A stretch of DNA of 64,000 bases. Source: an uncultured virus (IMG/VR IMGVR_UViG_3300046386_000047) (Duplodnaviria > Heunggongvirae > Uroviricota > Caudoviricetes). Positions 47,960-57,227 of this stretch are shown here, piece after piece. The stretch lies in the IMG/VR virus record IMGVR_UViG_3300046386_000047. One strand, written 5' to 3'. Below the pieces are notes generated by a model. That model ran no database searches. It saw only the letters and a program-made list of their open reading frames with translations, and had not been told where the DNA came from. The number at the start of each line of letters is the position of its first letter. Position 1 is the stretch's first letter. A program made the position numbers and the translations under genes.

Positions 47960-48336
47960 GCCGCCTCGTGCTTGTTTGGTTTCTTGAGCGACGGTCCGGC
48001 CTTTGAGTATATGCCGAACTGCTTGTAAGCAAGCAACCTTTTTTCTTTCTCGACCGTGTGTTCGCCGATGCCGTGCATGTAGTTCACCATCTCTCCATTG
48101 GCACGGCGACGATCAACGCTCTCCGTAGCAAGTTGTGCAGTGCTTTTCTCAAAAAGCCCCTTGGCGCGGAATTGCAGGTCGTTGAAAAAGATGCTAGGGC
48201 GTGGGTTGTGCGCCCAGTGAAATGGTGAGTCGGGGTGGCAGTTGCAAGTTTGTTTCACGTTGGTTCCTCTTAGTACAAAACAGTTGCGTGCGGGATCGTA
48301 CCGCACGAGTTCAGTGACGTTGATGGCGTCGGTCAT
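47956..48336 (-). CDS. Hypothetical protein
   Basis: Coupled ORF in the - strand operon. Confidence 0.6.
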   Translation of the reverse strand: MTDAINVTELVRYDPARNCFVLRGTNVKQTCNCHPDSPFHWAHNPRPSIFFNDLQFRAKGLFEKSTAQLATESVDRRRANGEMVNYMHGIGEHTVEKEKRLLAYKQFGIYSKAGPSLKKPNKHEAA

Positions 48337-48647
48337 TTCACACCGTTCCACTTGTTGACAATTTCCTGCGCAATCTCTTTGGGGGCAAACTTTGCGCCGG
48401 GGCAATCGGTGAAAGACAGGCAGTTAAACCCGTTGGCGTTCATCACGCACTGTAGGCCGTCCGGGACCTTGTCGTTCATCGGCTCCAAACGGTATGGCGG
48501 CACCGCGAAGTGTTTGCACGGAACCGCTGATGCGACCGAGTTGCTGACAAATGTGGCATACGCCAGAGCTACAAGTGTGGGTACTTCTTTTGGCGTGTCA
48601 AAAGGATTTAACGACATCGCGTTCTCAACTTCGGCTTCTTCAGTCAT
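48333..48647 (-). CDS. Hypothetical protein
   Basis: GGAG RBS, coupled ORF. Confidence 0.6.
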   Translation of the reverse strand: MTEEAEVENAMSLNPFDTPKEVPTLVALAYATFVSNSVASAVPCKHFAVPPYRLEPMNDKVPDGLQCVMNANGFNCLSFTDCPGAKFAPKEIAQEIVNKWNGVK

Positions 48648-48897
48648 GCTTTCTCTCCAGTTCTTTTTGTTTGATGCGCTCGATGCGCTCCAGCCTTTTG
48701 TGGTGAGTCGTGACGTACACCACGAACTCCATGTCGTTCTGAACGCGGTCCCAGTAGGATGCGCTGTCGTCTCGCTTTGGCGAGTCGCTGATTCCCGCAT
48801 CTGCGTCAGCACGGGCCTTGGCTTCGATCACGCGCATGCGCGAGTCACCAAGCATTTCCTTGGCAGTGTCGATGTCGAAAGACTTCGGTGTAATCAT
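48640..48897 (-). CDS. Hypothetical protein
   Basis: Coupled ORF. Confidence 0.65.
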   Translation of the reverse strand: MITPKSFDIDTAKEMLGDSRMRVIEAKARADADAGISDSPKRDDSASYWDRVQNDMEFVVYVTTHHKRLERIERIKQKELERKHD

Positions 48898-49226
48898 TTG
48901 TCCCCCCTTGGAACAACCGCCTGTGGCGGTTCGTTGATGAGCCAGATCGTGTACGACTTGGTCTTGTGATCCTTCTTCTGGCGCATAGACACAGTCTTGC
49001 GCAGCCCCTTGTTGTCGAGGTAGCGTTGCAGCGCCTTGCGCATGCCGCCGAACTCGTACTCGGGCACCTTGAGCGCTTGGTCGAAGTTGACCAGCTTGTC
49101 GAACTTCTCGTCGTACAGTGTCGTGCCTTTGGCTCCCCGAGCAGGCGTCTCAGGGATGGGCACAATCTCAATGACATCTTGTCCCGTGAAGATGTTCTTC
49201 ACTGGTGCGAATCGTGTGGCTGTCAT
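48894..49226 (-). CDS. Hypothetical protein
   Basis: AGGAG RBS, coupled ORF. Confidence 0.65.
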   Translation of the reverse strand: MTATRFAPVKNIFTGQDVIEIVPIPETPARGAKGTTLYDEKFDKLVNFDQALKVPEYEFGGMRKALQRYLDNKGLRKTVSMRQKKDHKTKSYTIWLINEPPQAVVPRGDK

Positions 49227-49456
49227 AGTCCCAACTCCTTGAGTGCTGCTTGCAGTCCAGCGAGCCCGCCGACACGCTGTCCGTTGATGAAGATTTGCGG
49301 CATCTGTCGGAAGTCCGAGTAAGCCGCCATGAACCGCTGCCAAGTCTCCGGGTCATCCATGCTGTGCTCGTCATACTCCAACCCCTTGGACTTCAGCAGT
49401 TGCTTGGCTGTCACGCAGTTGGGGCAGTTGGCCTTGGTGTAGATGGTGATGTTCAT
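49223..49456 (-). CDS. Glutaredoxin
   Basis: IYTKANCPNC, MPQIFING, VGG. Confidence 0.92.
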   Translation of the reverse strand: MNITIYTKANCPNCVTAKQLLKSKGLEYDEHSMDDPETWQRFMAAYSDFRQMPQIFINGQRVGGLAGLQAALKELGL

Positions 49457-49890
49457 GGTTGGCCTTTCGTGATTCCGTGGGCGGCTTCGATGGCTCGGAC
49501 AAATCGGTCTATGCTGTCTTTCGGGCCACCTTCGCCCACTTGCTTGCTTATAGCTGTGATCTGCTCATACGTCAGCGGTACGGCTGCGGGTGGGTTGTTC
49601 AGAGCAGCAATACGGAGATTGATTGCTTCTCTGTCATCACCATAAACACGGGCTGCAACTTCTTCGCCATCCCACAGTTGGACAAACCATTGACCGAGGC
49701 CTGGATAATCACATTCAGTCAAGGTCACAAGGGTGCCAACCTTAAACACAGGCTTCTGCACAGGTGCCGAAAGGGCTAGCTTGACGGCGGCGATGGCTGT
49801 GTCTACTTCTTCAAACCGGTCGTGACTGTTAGCCATTTTTTCCAACGCCTCCAACGCCATCTTCAATGCTTCGTCTTTTGTGTGTGTCAT
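49453..49890 (-). CDS. Hypothetical protein (modular accessory family)
   Basis: EALKMALEALE...RAIEAAHGIT. Confidence 0.7.
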   Translation of the reverse strand: MTHTKDEALKMALEALEKMANSHDRFEEVDTAIAAVKLALSAPVQKPVFKVGTLVTLTECDYPGLGQWFVQLWDGEEVAARVYGDDREAINLRIAALNNPPAAVPLTYEQITAISKQVGEGGPKDSIDRFVRAIEAAHGITKGQP

Positions 49891-50072
49891 TTGTTCTCCA
49901 TTTCTTTGCAAATGTGCAGTAGTTCTTCTGTTTGAGCTTCTTTTGCAGCAGCATAAGCAGCACCTTCTAACTCCGCTTTCGTAGCCAGCCCCTTTGAAAA
50001 CTTCTCCGACACATCAATTGTTGCAAGCGATCGCGGGTCAGTCCAAGTGCCTGTTTGTATTAGGTACATCAT
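49887..50072 (-). CDS. Small hypothetical protein
   Basis: Coupled ORF with AGGAG RBS. Confidence 0.5.
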   Translation of the reverse strand: MMYLIQTGTWTDPRSLATIDVSEKFSKGLATKAELEGAAYAAAKEAQTEELLHICKEMENK

Positions 50073-50590
50073 GTGTTCTTCTCCTTAAGTTTGGCTTCGA
50101 TGCAGTCAGAAGGCTGGACACGCGCAGGCCATCCGCAATTCAAATTCCCTGATGCGACGTGAAGCGATCCAATGGGAGCCCCGCACTTTGCGCACGAAGG
50201 CACGGCCGGCTGTGCTGCGGGTGGGGTTGTGTTTGCGCACTTTGTCCCATATGCCCGCATAAACCCCTTGAAACGCAAGCGTTCTTCTCCCGACTTGTTT
50301 CGTGTGGCATCAAACTCCCAGTACATTTTCTCCAACCAGTCTTCGTCATGAGCCACCGGCTCCTGCACAGGTGCTGCTTCCAACCTCTTGATCGTTGCTT
50401 CGTGGTACTGAATGATGAGCTTGTCGGCTTCGCTCTCTGCTTGCAGGGTCTTGCGCTCGTCAGCACGAACAAGGGCTGCAAGTTTTTCAATTGCTTCGTC
50501 AAAGCATTCCCACCAATCGCTTTGTCCTTGTACAGGCTCGGCTCTCAGCATGAAGCCAGCCTCACGGGCCATGTCTATCGTGTCACTCAT
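50069..50590 (-). CDS. Hypothetical protein (modular accessory family)
   Basis: MAREAG...LVRADER...QEPVA...IEAKLKEKNT. Confidence 0.65.
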   Translation of the reverse strand: MSDTIDMAREAGFMLRAEPVQGQSDWWECFDEAIEKLAALVRADERKTLQAESEADKLIIQYHEATIKRLEAAPVQEPVAHDEDWLEKMYWEFDATRNKSGEERLRFKGFMRAYGTKCANTTPPAAQPAVPSCAKCGAPIGSLHVASGNLNCGWPARVQPSDCIEAKLKEKNT

Positions 50591-50752
50591 AACTTCCTCC
50601 GCAATTTGCATTTGTCTTGTTCCGGCTGTGCCAACTCGCGGCAGTCGGTAGGGTCATCGGTCCTTGGTGCTTGGGACAGGATCATGTAGGCCAGTCCAGC
50701 CCACAGTAGCATGCCCACGGCCAAGAGCGTGATGTAGCGTCGCTCGGTCACA

Positions 50753-51355
50753 TCAACCCCCAAAGATTTTACGCAGCTCGTCGTACAGAGCGCGTGCTTG
50801 CTTGATGCTCAGATGGTTGAGCAGTGTCTCAGCGTCCCATGCAGCGTTGATCTGCGGTACTGGGGCTGCTTCGCGTGCTGTGGGCAGCGCTGCGATACCT
50901 GCTGGCGCAGGAGGGATGACCTCGCCTGTGCGCTTGCTGACGATGACAACCTTCTTGCGCTCGGGCACAGGCTCCGCCTTCTTGCGGACTGTCTTGAGCG
51001 GCACGAACTCGTCGCGTCGTGCAAAGTAGAAGCCGCTGTTGTTGACGATGTGTCCCTGCTTGGAGAACTGTCCGATCAGCGACGATATGGAGCCTGCGTT
51101 GAACCCCTGCGCAGTCATTGCACCCATGACTTCCTTGCGGCTCTTGCCGGGGTTTTTGAGGATGTAGTCGAACGTGGCGCGTGTGACGTTGTTTGTCGTC
51201 TCGAAAAGTCTCTTTGGCATGGTTGCCTCCTTGGCTTGGGTTGTGATGTCTTCAATGACGACCGCGCCGCCTTCGTCGTCCCACTCGGCAGGGAGCTGGG
51301 CACGGGTCTGAGCTTTTGAGAGCGCTTGCTCAAGCGCAGTTTTGATGTCGGGCAT
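50753..51355 (-). CDS. Hypothetical protein, possible winged-HTH
   Basis: AAGGA RBS; FDYILKNPG...SISSLIGQF. Confidence 0.7.
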   Translation of the reverse strand: MPDIKTALEQALSKAQTRAQLPAEWDDEGGAVVIEDITTQAKEATMPKRLFETTNNVTRATFDYILKNPGKSRKEVMGAMTAQGFNAGSISSLIGQFSKQGHIVNNSGFYFARRDEFVPLKTVRKKAEPVPERKKVVIVSKRTGEVIPPAPAGIAALPTAREAAPVPQINAAWDAETLLNHLSIKQARALYDELRKIFGG

Positions 51356-51371
51356 GATGACCGTTCCTTTC

Positions 51372-51533
51372 TTACTTGGTTGCGGGCTGGTTGATGGGGT
51401 GGGCCAGCAGCCACTTGTCTCCGAGCATGCGCAGTGCGCGCACCCATTGACGGATGTTGTGACGCTGTGTTGAGATGGGCGCAGCCGCGTGGCAGAAGTT
51501 GCGACGTGCGAGGGAAAGCATACGTGTGTTCAT
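51372..51533 (-). CDS. Small hypothetical protein (53 aa, below the ORF-track cutoff)
   Basis: MNTRMLSLARRNF...RHNIRQWVRALRMLGDKWLLA; coupled to the upstream stop. Confidence 0.6.
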   Translation of the reverse strand: MNTRMLSLARRNFCHAAAPISTQRHNIRQWVRALRMLGDKWLLAHPINQPATK

Positions 51534-52009
51534 GTGAAGTTCCTAAAAGGTTTTCCGGTACGGGGGCGAGGCTGCACGATGTTCTGTAGCAGCTTGGTAA
51601 CAGGCCGAAGCCCGTGTTCGACAGTGATGTCGATGTTGTGGTTGATGCCGAACAGCGTGGTGTAGCTCTCCAGCATTGGGTTGAGTTCCTTGCATGCGAA
51701 CCACAACGCGGCTTCATAGCTCAGCACTTCTTCAGCCAACACTATGCCGATGTCGAACTCGACACGCGCACCGAACGCGCCGATGCGCACACTGCTGCCG
51801 ATCTTGTCAGGGTTCATCCAAGAGGTGTTGGCCAACTCAATCGTGCCAGCAACCATCAACGTATCGTGCCAAGACAGAACGGACGCGTTGCGCTGCACGT
51901 CACTGAAGACAAAGCGTGCGAAGTGCGGCCTACTGGGGAGAACGAACCTATCGTTCTCCCGCACCTGCAACCCTTCCAGCTTAAAAGGCGAATTTGTTGA
52001 GGATGTCAT
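51530..52009 (-). CDS. Hypothetical protein
   Basis: ORF filling the operon gap. Confidence 0.55.
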   Translation of the reverse strand: MTSSTNSPFKLEGLQVRENDRFVLPSRPHFARFVFSDVQRNASVLSWHDTLMVAGTIELANTSWMNPDKIGSSVRIGAFGARVEFDIGIVLAEEVLSYEAALWFACKELNPMLESYTTLFGINHNIDITVEHGLRPVTKLLQNIVQPRPRTGKPFRNFT

Positions 52010-52871
52010 CGACTGCTTTCTTTGTGTCCTGACGCAGCGCCTCGTCCTTGCGCAAGTCCTTGGGGTCAACACCGCACAGCGTCTGCTCCAGTGCTTTGCG
52101 TGCGGCTTCGAGGTCACGATCATTGACCACGTTCAGCGTCTTGGTCAAGTCGCACAACTCCAAGGCACCATCGACAAGGCTGTCGTGGAACCTGCGCTGC
52201 TTGGCTTCGCCGTTGACGTAGTCAGTGGTCAGTCGGTCGGACATGCGCTTGAGGTGATCCCCCAGACGTTGGCGCACATCCTTCATGGCCTCGTCCACAC
52301 GCTCTTGTGCAAGGCGCTCCAGCTTGGCCTTGATGTCATCCATCGCAGCGTTGCCCACGTCCACACGGAAGTCACCCGCCGTAGGCACGGGCATGTAGTT
52401 CACACGGAAAGCGAACTTGGTCATGATCTCGTTCTGCGATGGGTAGTCGTTGCGCTGAAACATATCCCCCAACGCCATGGCCTGCGCTGTGATGAGCGTG
52501 GGGTAGATGTCAACGAAGGACTCGACCATCAATGCGAACTCTTCCTCGAAGGCATTCATCTTGGCAGCGAAGCGCTCGAAGTTGGCGGTAGGCAGCAGAC
52601 GCAGACCGGAGTCAGACCACGGCAACGTGTTGTCGTAAACGTAGGCACGCGCACGGCCGATCATTTGCTGAATGACCTCAAGTTCTGTGCGGCCTGCAAG
52701 CAGGTGCTTGTTGACGCGTGCTGCGTCCTTGGCTGCGGCGTTCTTGGATGTGACGATCTCGTCAGTCGCGCCCCTGTCCAGCTTGCGTGCAGTCCACACA
52801 GATGCGTTGAATTCGGCCAGCATGGCGCAGGTATCAATTGCATACCTCGGGGTGTTAAATGTGTTGCTCAT
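51981..52871 (-). CDS. DUF3150-like protein
   Basis: WTARKLD...NKHLL...TLPWSDSG.RLLP...DYP...DFRV; AGGAGAGCAACC RBS. Confidence 0.7.
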   Translation of the reverse strand: MSNTFNTPRYAIDTCAMLAEFNASVWTARKLDRGATDEIVTSKNAAAKDAARVNKHLLAGRTELEVIQQMIGRARAYVYDNTLPWSDSGLRLLPTANFERFAAKMNAFEEEFALMVESFVDIYPTLITAQAMALGDMFQRNDYPSQNEIMTKFAFRVNYMPVPTAGDFRVDVGNAAMDDIKAKLERLAQERVDEAMKDVRQRLGDHLKRMSDRLTTDYVNGEAKQRRFHDSLVDGALELCDLTKTLNVVNDRDLEAARKALEQTLCGVDPKDLRKDEALRQDTKKAVDDILNKFAF

Positions 52872-52881
52872 GGTTGCTCTC

Positions 52882-53067
52882 CTAAGTTGTGGATGAAAGT
52901 GCCCGTTCGATTGGCCAACCTCTACGCACACGGGCATCGAATGTGCGTCGGTTAATTCCGTTTTCCTCAAGCCACGCAATGTCGTAAATGCGTACCTCAA
53001 TATCCCCGCGCAATGTCGGGCTGTACTTGCTGCCTACGAGATCGCAGGCCCAGTAGAAGCGGCTCAC
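52882..53067 (-). CDS. Small protein with an endonuclease-type C-terminal DNA-binding segment
   Basis: GINRRTFDARVRRGWPIERAL. Confidence 0.5.
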   Translation of the reverse strand: MSRFYWACDLVGSKYSPTLRGDIEVRIYDIAWLEENGINRRTFDARVRRGWPIERALSSTT

Positions 53068-53438
53068 GTTTCTTTCTCCGTAGGGTGTTGGCGCTTGAGG
53101 CGCAAGAGGTTGAGTGTTTGCTCGGCAGGTTGTGCAAGGGTGTTTGCCTTGTGCTTACGAAACCACACCCAGAGGACTTTCCTGTCGTGGTAGTTGAGCG
53201 CGTGCTGAAGAGTTGATTCGCCAAAACTCCCCGCTTCGTGCAGCCTGAAGTAGTTGAAGTTGTTCGAGACCCAGAAACATATCTTGCTTTCCGCGTGCGT
53301 CCATCGATGCTCTGACACTTTCCATTCGTCATGTTGCGCAGCTTCAAGCAACTCCTTGCCCAGCTCCGACATGCGTGCCCGGTGGTACGGGTACAGTAAC
53401 TTTTCAATCATGATGAACACCTCGCTAAGTTGATGCAC
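53064..53438 (-). CDS. Hypothetical protein
   Basis: Coupled ORF; start uncertain. Confidence 0.6.
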   Translation of the reverse strand: MHQLSEVFIMIEKLLYPYHRARMSELGKELLEAAQHDEWKVSEHRWTHAESKICFWVSNNFNYFRLHEAGSFGESTLQHALNYHDRKVLWVWFRKHKANTLAQPAEQTLNLLRLKRQHPTEKET

Positions 53439-53632
53439 GCATCCCGCAACTCGTCGGTGAGCGGTCCGCTGGTTGTGAATTCCGCAAGGCAGTACGCAGT
53501 GCCCGACCCCCGCTTGGCCTCCACGATGTATGTGCGCGGCTTACCAAAGTGTGCGCGTTTGACCCGGAAGTCGTGCATGTCCTCCGTGGTGGGCTTGCAC
53601 AACGCCCACTGCGTAACCTCAACCGCGCTCAT
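53408..53632 (-). CDS. Hypothetical protein
   Basis: Coupled ORF. Confidence 0.55.
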   Translation of the reverse strand: MSAVEVTQWALCKPTTEDMHDFRVKRAHFGKPRTYIVEAKRGSGTAYCLAEFTTSGPLTDELRDACINLARCSS

Positions 53633-54822
53633 GGGCGAATCCTCAACACCTTGCCTGCGCGTGGCATGAAGTCATCGTTCTCGACAACACCCCACAACGT
53701 GGGCATGTCGGTCATGCGGTAGTCGGACTCGATGTAGCCATCGGTCAGCATGATGACAGCCTTGGCCTTGATCTTGTGCTCGGCCACATAGTCAGCAACA
53801 CACGACACAACAGTGCCGCCACCGCCCTTGGGTGCAAGCTGCGTGGCAATGTCTTGGTACTGCTCGGGCTTGAACACCTGATCGCCGCACACTGACGTGT
53901 CCCACCACAACATGCGCACGCTGTCAGGCCGTGTGTTCTGCACGATACGCGCCACCTCACCGAACACGATGGGGTATGCCCAGTGCATGGAGCCTGACGT
54001 GTCGCACGCAATGATGATCTCGCCCACGTTCTCGTCGAAGTGCGAAGGCATGATGAAGCCCGAGGCAAGCAGGCGCTTGTTGGGTGGACAGAAGCGTGAG
54101 TTCTCGTCGCCTACGCACACAGAGTTGATGAAGTCCTGCAACGCATCACGCCAGTTGGTCACGCGCTCCTGCGCTGTGCCGAGGATGTCACGGCCACCTG
54201 ATTCGTCGCCACGCATTTTGCGCACAAGCAACTCACCTTGGCGGTTGGCATCGTCGATCATCTTGCCCAGCTTCTCCTTCTCCTCGGCAGACATGGGCTC
54301 GCCTGTGCCGTCGTCACCCTCGCCGTCCATTTGGTGATCGTCCATGGATTGAGGTTGCTCCTCGGCATCCTTGAGCAGCTCCTGCAACACCTGCGGGTAC
54401 GACATACCCTTGAACTTGGGGTCGAACAAAATGTTGATCTTGTTGGGGAAGTCCATGAACTTGCGGTCAGGGTCAAGCTCGTCGATCAAGCCGTTGACCA
54501 CGAAGTCCATCGCCGCGTTGTTAATCTGCGGACCGAAGCGCTTGCTGTACCCGATGTACGTGGGCAAGACGCAGTGCTTGAGCGCAACGTGGAAGTTCTC
54601 GTGCAGCACAACGAAGCGCAGCTCCTTGCGTGTCAGGTCACTGATGAACTCGGAGCCGTACCACTTGTTCTTGCCGTCAGTGGCAGCAGTAGGCATGCCA
54701 TCCTTGATCTCGGACTTGCCCATGCACACGATGCCGGACAGCAGCGCGAACTTGTGGTGGCGCATCACGTCGATGTTGCACGCTTGGATTTTTTGGTTGG
54801 GTGTAAGTTTGTCAAAGCTCAT
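53629..54822 (-). CDS. Metallopeptidase-like plus VWA domain protein (DUF2201-like)
   Basis: TAATDG, HENFH (HExxH), MIDAS DTSGS, GGGGT, LTDG. Confidence 0.88.
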   Translation of the reverse strand: MSFDKLTPNQKIQACNIDVMRHHKFALLSGIVCMGKSEIKDGMPTAATDGKNKWYGSEFISDLTRKELRFVVLHENFHVALKHCVLPTYIGYSKRFGPQINNAAMDFVVNGLIDELDPDRKFMDFPNKINILFDPKFKGMSYPQVLQELLKDAEEQPQSMDDHQMDGEGDDGTGEPMSAEEKEKLGKMIDDANRQGELLVRKMRGDESGGRDILGTAQERVTNWRDALQDFINSVCVGDENSRFCPPNKRLLASGFIMPSHFDENVGEIIIACDTSGSMHWAYPIVFGEVARIVQNTRPDSVRMLWWDTSVCGDQVFKPEQYQDIATQLAPKGGGGTVVSCVADYVAEHKIKAKAVIMLTDGYIESDYRMTDMPTLWGVVENDDFMPRAGKVLRIRP

Positions 54823-55174
54823 GGTTGCTCTCCTGTTGAGGTTGTTGAAGTTCAGTTGGATGAAATAGCTCAGCCATCTTTGGTTCTGAGTACGAGACGA
54901 CGAAGTCCGACACACCGAAGTGCATGGCCCACAGCAGCGGCACAGTGTCCCGCGCTGCGTACAGCATGTCCTTGGTGTATGCGGCCTTGTCGAAGAACTC
55001 ACGGTGAACAAGGCGCAGAGCCTTGTCCTTGATGCCGCGCCCCACGTACAGCGAGATCGCTGCCTTGTACTTCGATGCAGTCACCCACACCTTGGACACG
55101 ATAACGATCTCACCGTCAGCGTTGCGGCAGAACAAACTGATGTTCTGACTCTTAGCGTATCGACTCGCGCTCAT
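54812..55174 (-). CDS. Hypothetical protein
   Basis: Coupled ORF. Confidence 0.6.
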   Translation of the reverse strand: MSASRYAKSQNISLFCRNADGEIVIVSKVWVTASKYKAAISLYVGRGIKDKALRLVHREFFDKAAYTKDMLYAARDTVPLLWAMHFGVSDFVVSYSEPKMAELFHPTELQQPQQESNHEL

Positions 55175-55470
55175 TGCAGCTTGCTCCGCAGGTAGTACGC
55201 CTCGCCGTACTGCACAGCAAGCAGGTCACACATCGCACGCAGCATGTTGTGCTTCTCCGCCTTGGTGCGGGTGGTCGGCACGAACACGCGTTGCAGCACG
55301 ACGCGGTGCGACAGCTCTCTGCGAGTCGTTACCGTGTCTACCCAGAAGCCGTACACGGTGAGCATTGCCTGCCCCTCGCGGTACGCTGCTTTGGCTTCAA
55401 GGCGCAGCCCTTTCGGGCCACGCACAATTTTGCTGCTATCTACTTTGAGGATTTGCATGGTGTCGCTCAT
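55171..55470 (-). CDS. Hypothetical protein
   Basis: Coupled ORF, GGAG RBS. Confidence 0.6.
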   Translation of the reverse strand: MSDTMQILKVDSSKIVRGPKGLRLEAKAAYREGQAMLTVYGFWVDTVTTRRELSHRVVLQRVFVPTTRTKAEKHNMLRAMCDLLAVQYGEAYYLRSKLQ

Positions 55471-55946
55471 GCCGTTCTCCCGAACACACCGTGGTGGGTT
55501 TTTCGCGCAGCAGCTACAGCTTTAGCCGCAGCTTCTAGGGTGTCGTGGTACTTGAGCGATATGCTTTTCCCGTTCACCATGATTCGCGCTTGCCACTGCT
55601 GCTTACGTTCGCACCAACTCACACCCTTAACCCCTGACGTGTTGTTCTTGTACCGCTTGGTGTTGCGGTTGTTCTCGCTACGAGAGGCCGGGCGTAAGTT
55701 GTCGATGAGGTTGTTTAGCGTGTTGCCATCTCGGTGGTCCAGCATCGCCGGACACCGCCCCTTGTGTCGCATGTAGATCAGTCGGTGGTTCAGGTAAATC
55801 TTTCCGGCTACCTGCGTCACCAGATAGCCCTTGTTATTTACCGTACCGGCAGGGGTGCCGATGCGCCCCCGACCAATCTGCACACGCCAATACAACACAC
55901 CGTCAACTTCGTCAAACAAAGCGTTGATCTGTTTTTTGGTCAGCAT
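55467..55946 (-). CDS. HNH homing endonuclease with an AP2-like C-terminus
   Basis: NHRLIY...LDHRDGNTLNNLIDNLR...N; NTSGVKGVSW...WQARI. Confidence 0.92.
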   Translation of the reverse strand: MLTKKQINALFDEVDGVLYWRVQIGRGRIGTPAGTVNNKGYLVTQVAGKIYLNHRLIYMRHKGRCPAMLDHRDGNTLNNLIDNLRPASRSENNRNTKRYKNNTSGVKGVSWCERKQQWQARIMVNGKSISLKYHDTLEAAAKAVAAARKTHHGVFGRTA

Positions 55947-55952
55947 AAAACC

Positions 55953-57077
55953 TCACTTAGTAGAGAAGAACACCTTGTGTCTCGCCAAAAGGGCCCCGAA
56001 GCGCTGCAAGGTGACGTAAATCGAAACGCGCTGCGATTGTGCCACAGAATTTGCAAAGATACTTTGCATCTCCGTGCGCATCCTATCGATGTACTCGACA
56101 ACCTTCTCGGCATCCTCACGCGTATCAACACGCGAGACGAACTGGAACACCTGCACAAGCTGTGCGGTGGGGTTGTCGGACAGAGGCGCAGTCGCTGGGT
56201 CTTTCAGCACGCGCTCAAGCGAACAGATGTCACGACCGAAGCGCACGAACGAAGACAGTGCCTCGGCAGTCGTAGCACCAATGGTGCCGACCAATGCAGC
56301 CTCAAGCGTATCGTCATCAAGCACACCGTCACCAGCATCAAGCACGTCACCCGCTGCAACCAAGCTGCGCGGCGTAGCGTATGCCAGTGCCATCGAGCGA
56401 GGGTTGAAGATGTATCCGTTGTCCTTGGACTGGTCCTTGCCCTCGTGCTTGCCACCCTTCTCGTAATCGAGGAACGAATCCATGACCTGTGCGTAGCTGT
56501 TGACGAATGCAATCACCGACGCGTTGGTGCCCTTGTCGATCGCCCACTGCACCCACTCGCCAGCCGTAGGCTTGCGCATCTTGACGAACACGAGGCGGTT
56601 GCGCAAGTGCGCTTGGATGCTATCGCCCAGACCCTCGACTGCGAGGTTGGTTGCACAGAACACAACGGAGCCCTCGGGCATGTGATAGTTGCCAACGCGG
56701 CGCTCATAGATGATCGGAGCCAACACGTTCTTGATGAACTGAGGCGCTTTGGCGATCTCGTCGAGGAACACCATGATCGGCTTGGCACCGTTGACACCCA
56801 TCTGATTGACCTTGCTGACACCGAAGCGCTCGTTAGGCAGCTCACGAGATACGCCATTCTCACGGTCGAGGTCAGGCATCCACACAGAGCCGTCAGACAG
56901 CTGCGTGCAATCGACTGGATCAACTGCGATATGGTTGGTGAACTTGGGGTGCTTCTTGAGTGCATGGAACAGCGCGGTCTTGCCGATACCGTTCTCGCCC
57001 TCCACGATGACGGTGCGCTTGTCACCTACTGCTGCGATGAGGTTGAGGACTTGAGTGAAAGAAAGCATTTTGTTCAT
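55953..57077 (-). CDS. MoxR-like AAA+ ATPase
   Basis: GENGIGKT, FLDEI, ATN, LRNR, TPRS. Confidence 0.88.
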   Translation of the reverse strand: MNKMLSFTQVLNLIAAVGDKRTVIVEGENGIGKTALFHALKKHPKFTNHIAVDPVDCTQLSDGSVWMPDLDRENGVSRELPNERFGVSKVNQMGVNGAKPIMVFLDEIAKAPQFIKNVLAPIIYERRVGNYHMPEGSVVFCATNLAVEGLGDSIQAHLRNRLVFVKMRKPTAGEWVQWAIDKGTNASVIAFVNSYAQVMDSFLDYEKGGKHEGKDQSKDNGYIFNPRSMALAYATPRSLVAAGDVLDAGDGVLDDDTLEAALVGTIGATTAEALSSFVRFGRDICSLERVLKDPATAPLSDNPTAQLVQVFQFVSRVDTREDAEKVVEYIDRMRTEMQSIFANSVAQSQRVSIYVTLQRFGALLARHKVFFSTK

Positions 57078-57107
57078 GATTGAAAACTCCTAGTGATGAA
57101 AAATTGT

Positions 57108-57127
57108 GTGAGACACAGAGGTCTCAC
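57108..57127. repeat. Palindrome GTGAGAC-N6-GTCTCAC
   Basis: Upstream of the AAA+ gene; one of six copies. Confidence 0.85.
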
Positions 57128-57227
57128 GGGGGTAAAAACTGTCGGTTTGAGTAGTGTAACTTGTTTGTCCAGTGTTTGACAACTCCTTTCTGAAAGAATG
57201 ATGACCGTTCCCTTTCTCCCTGACGTG

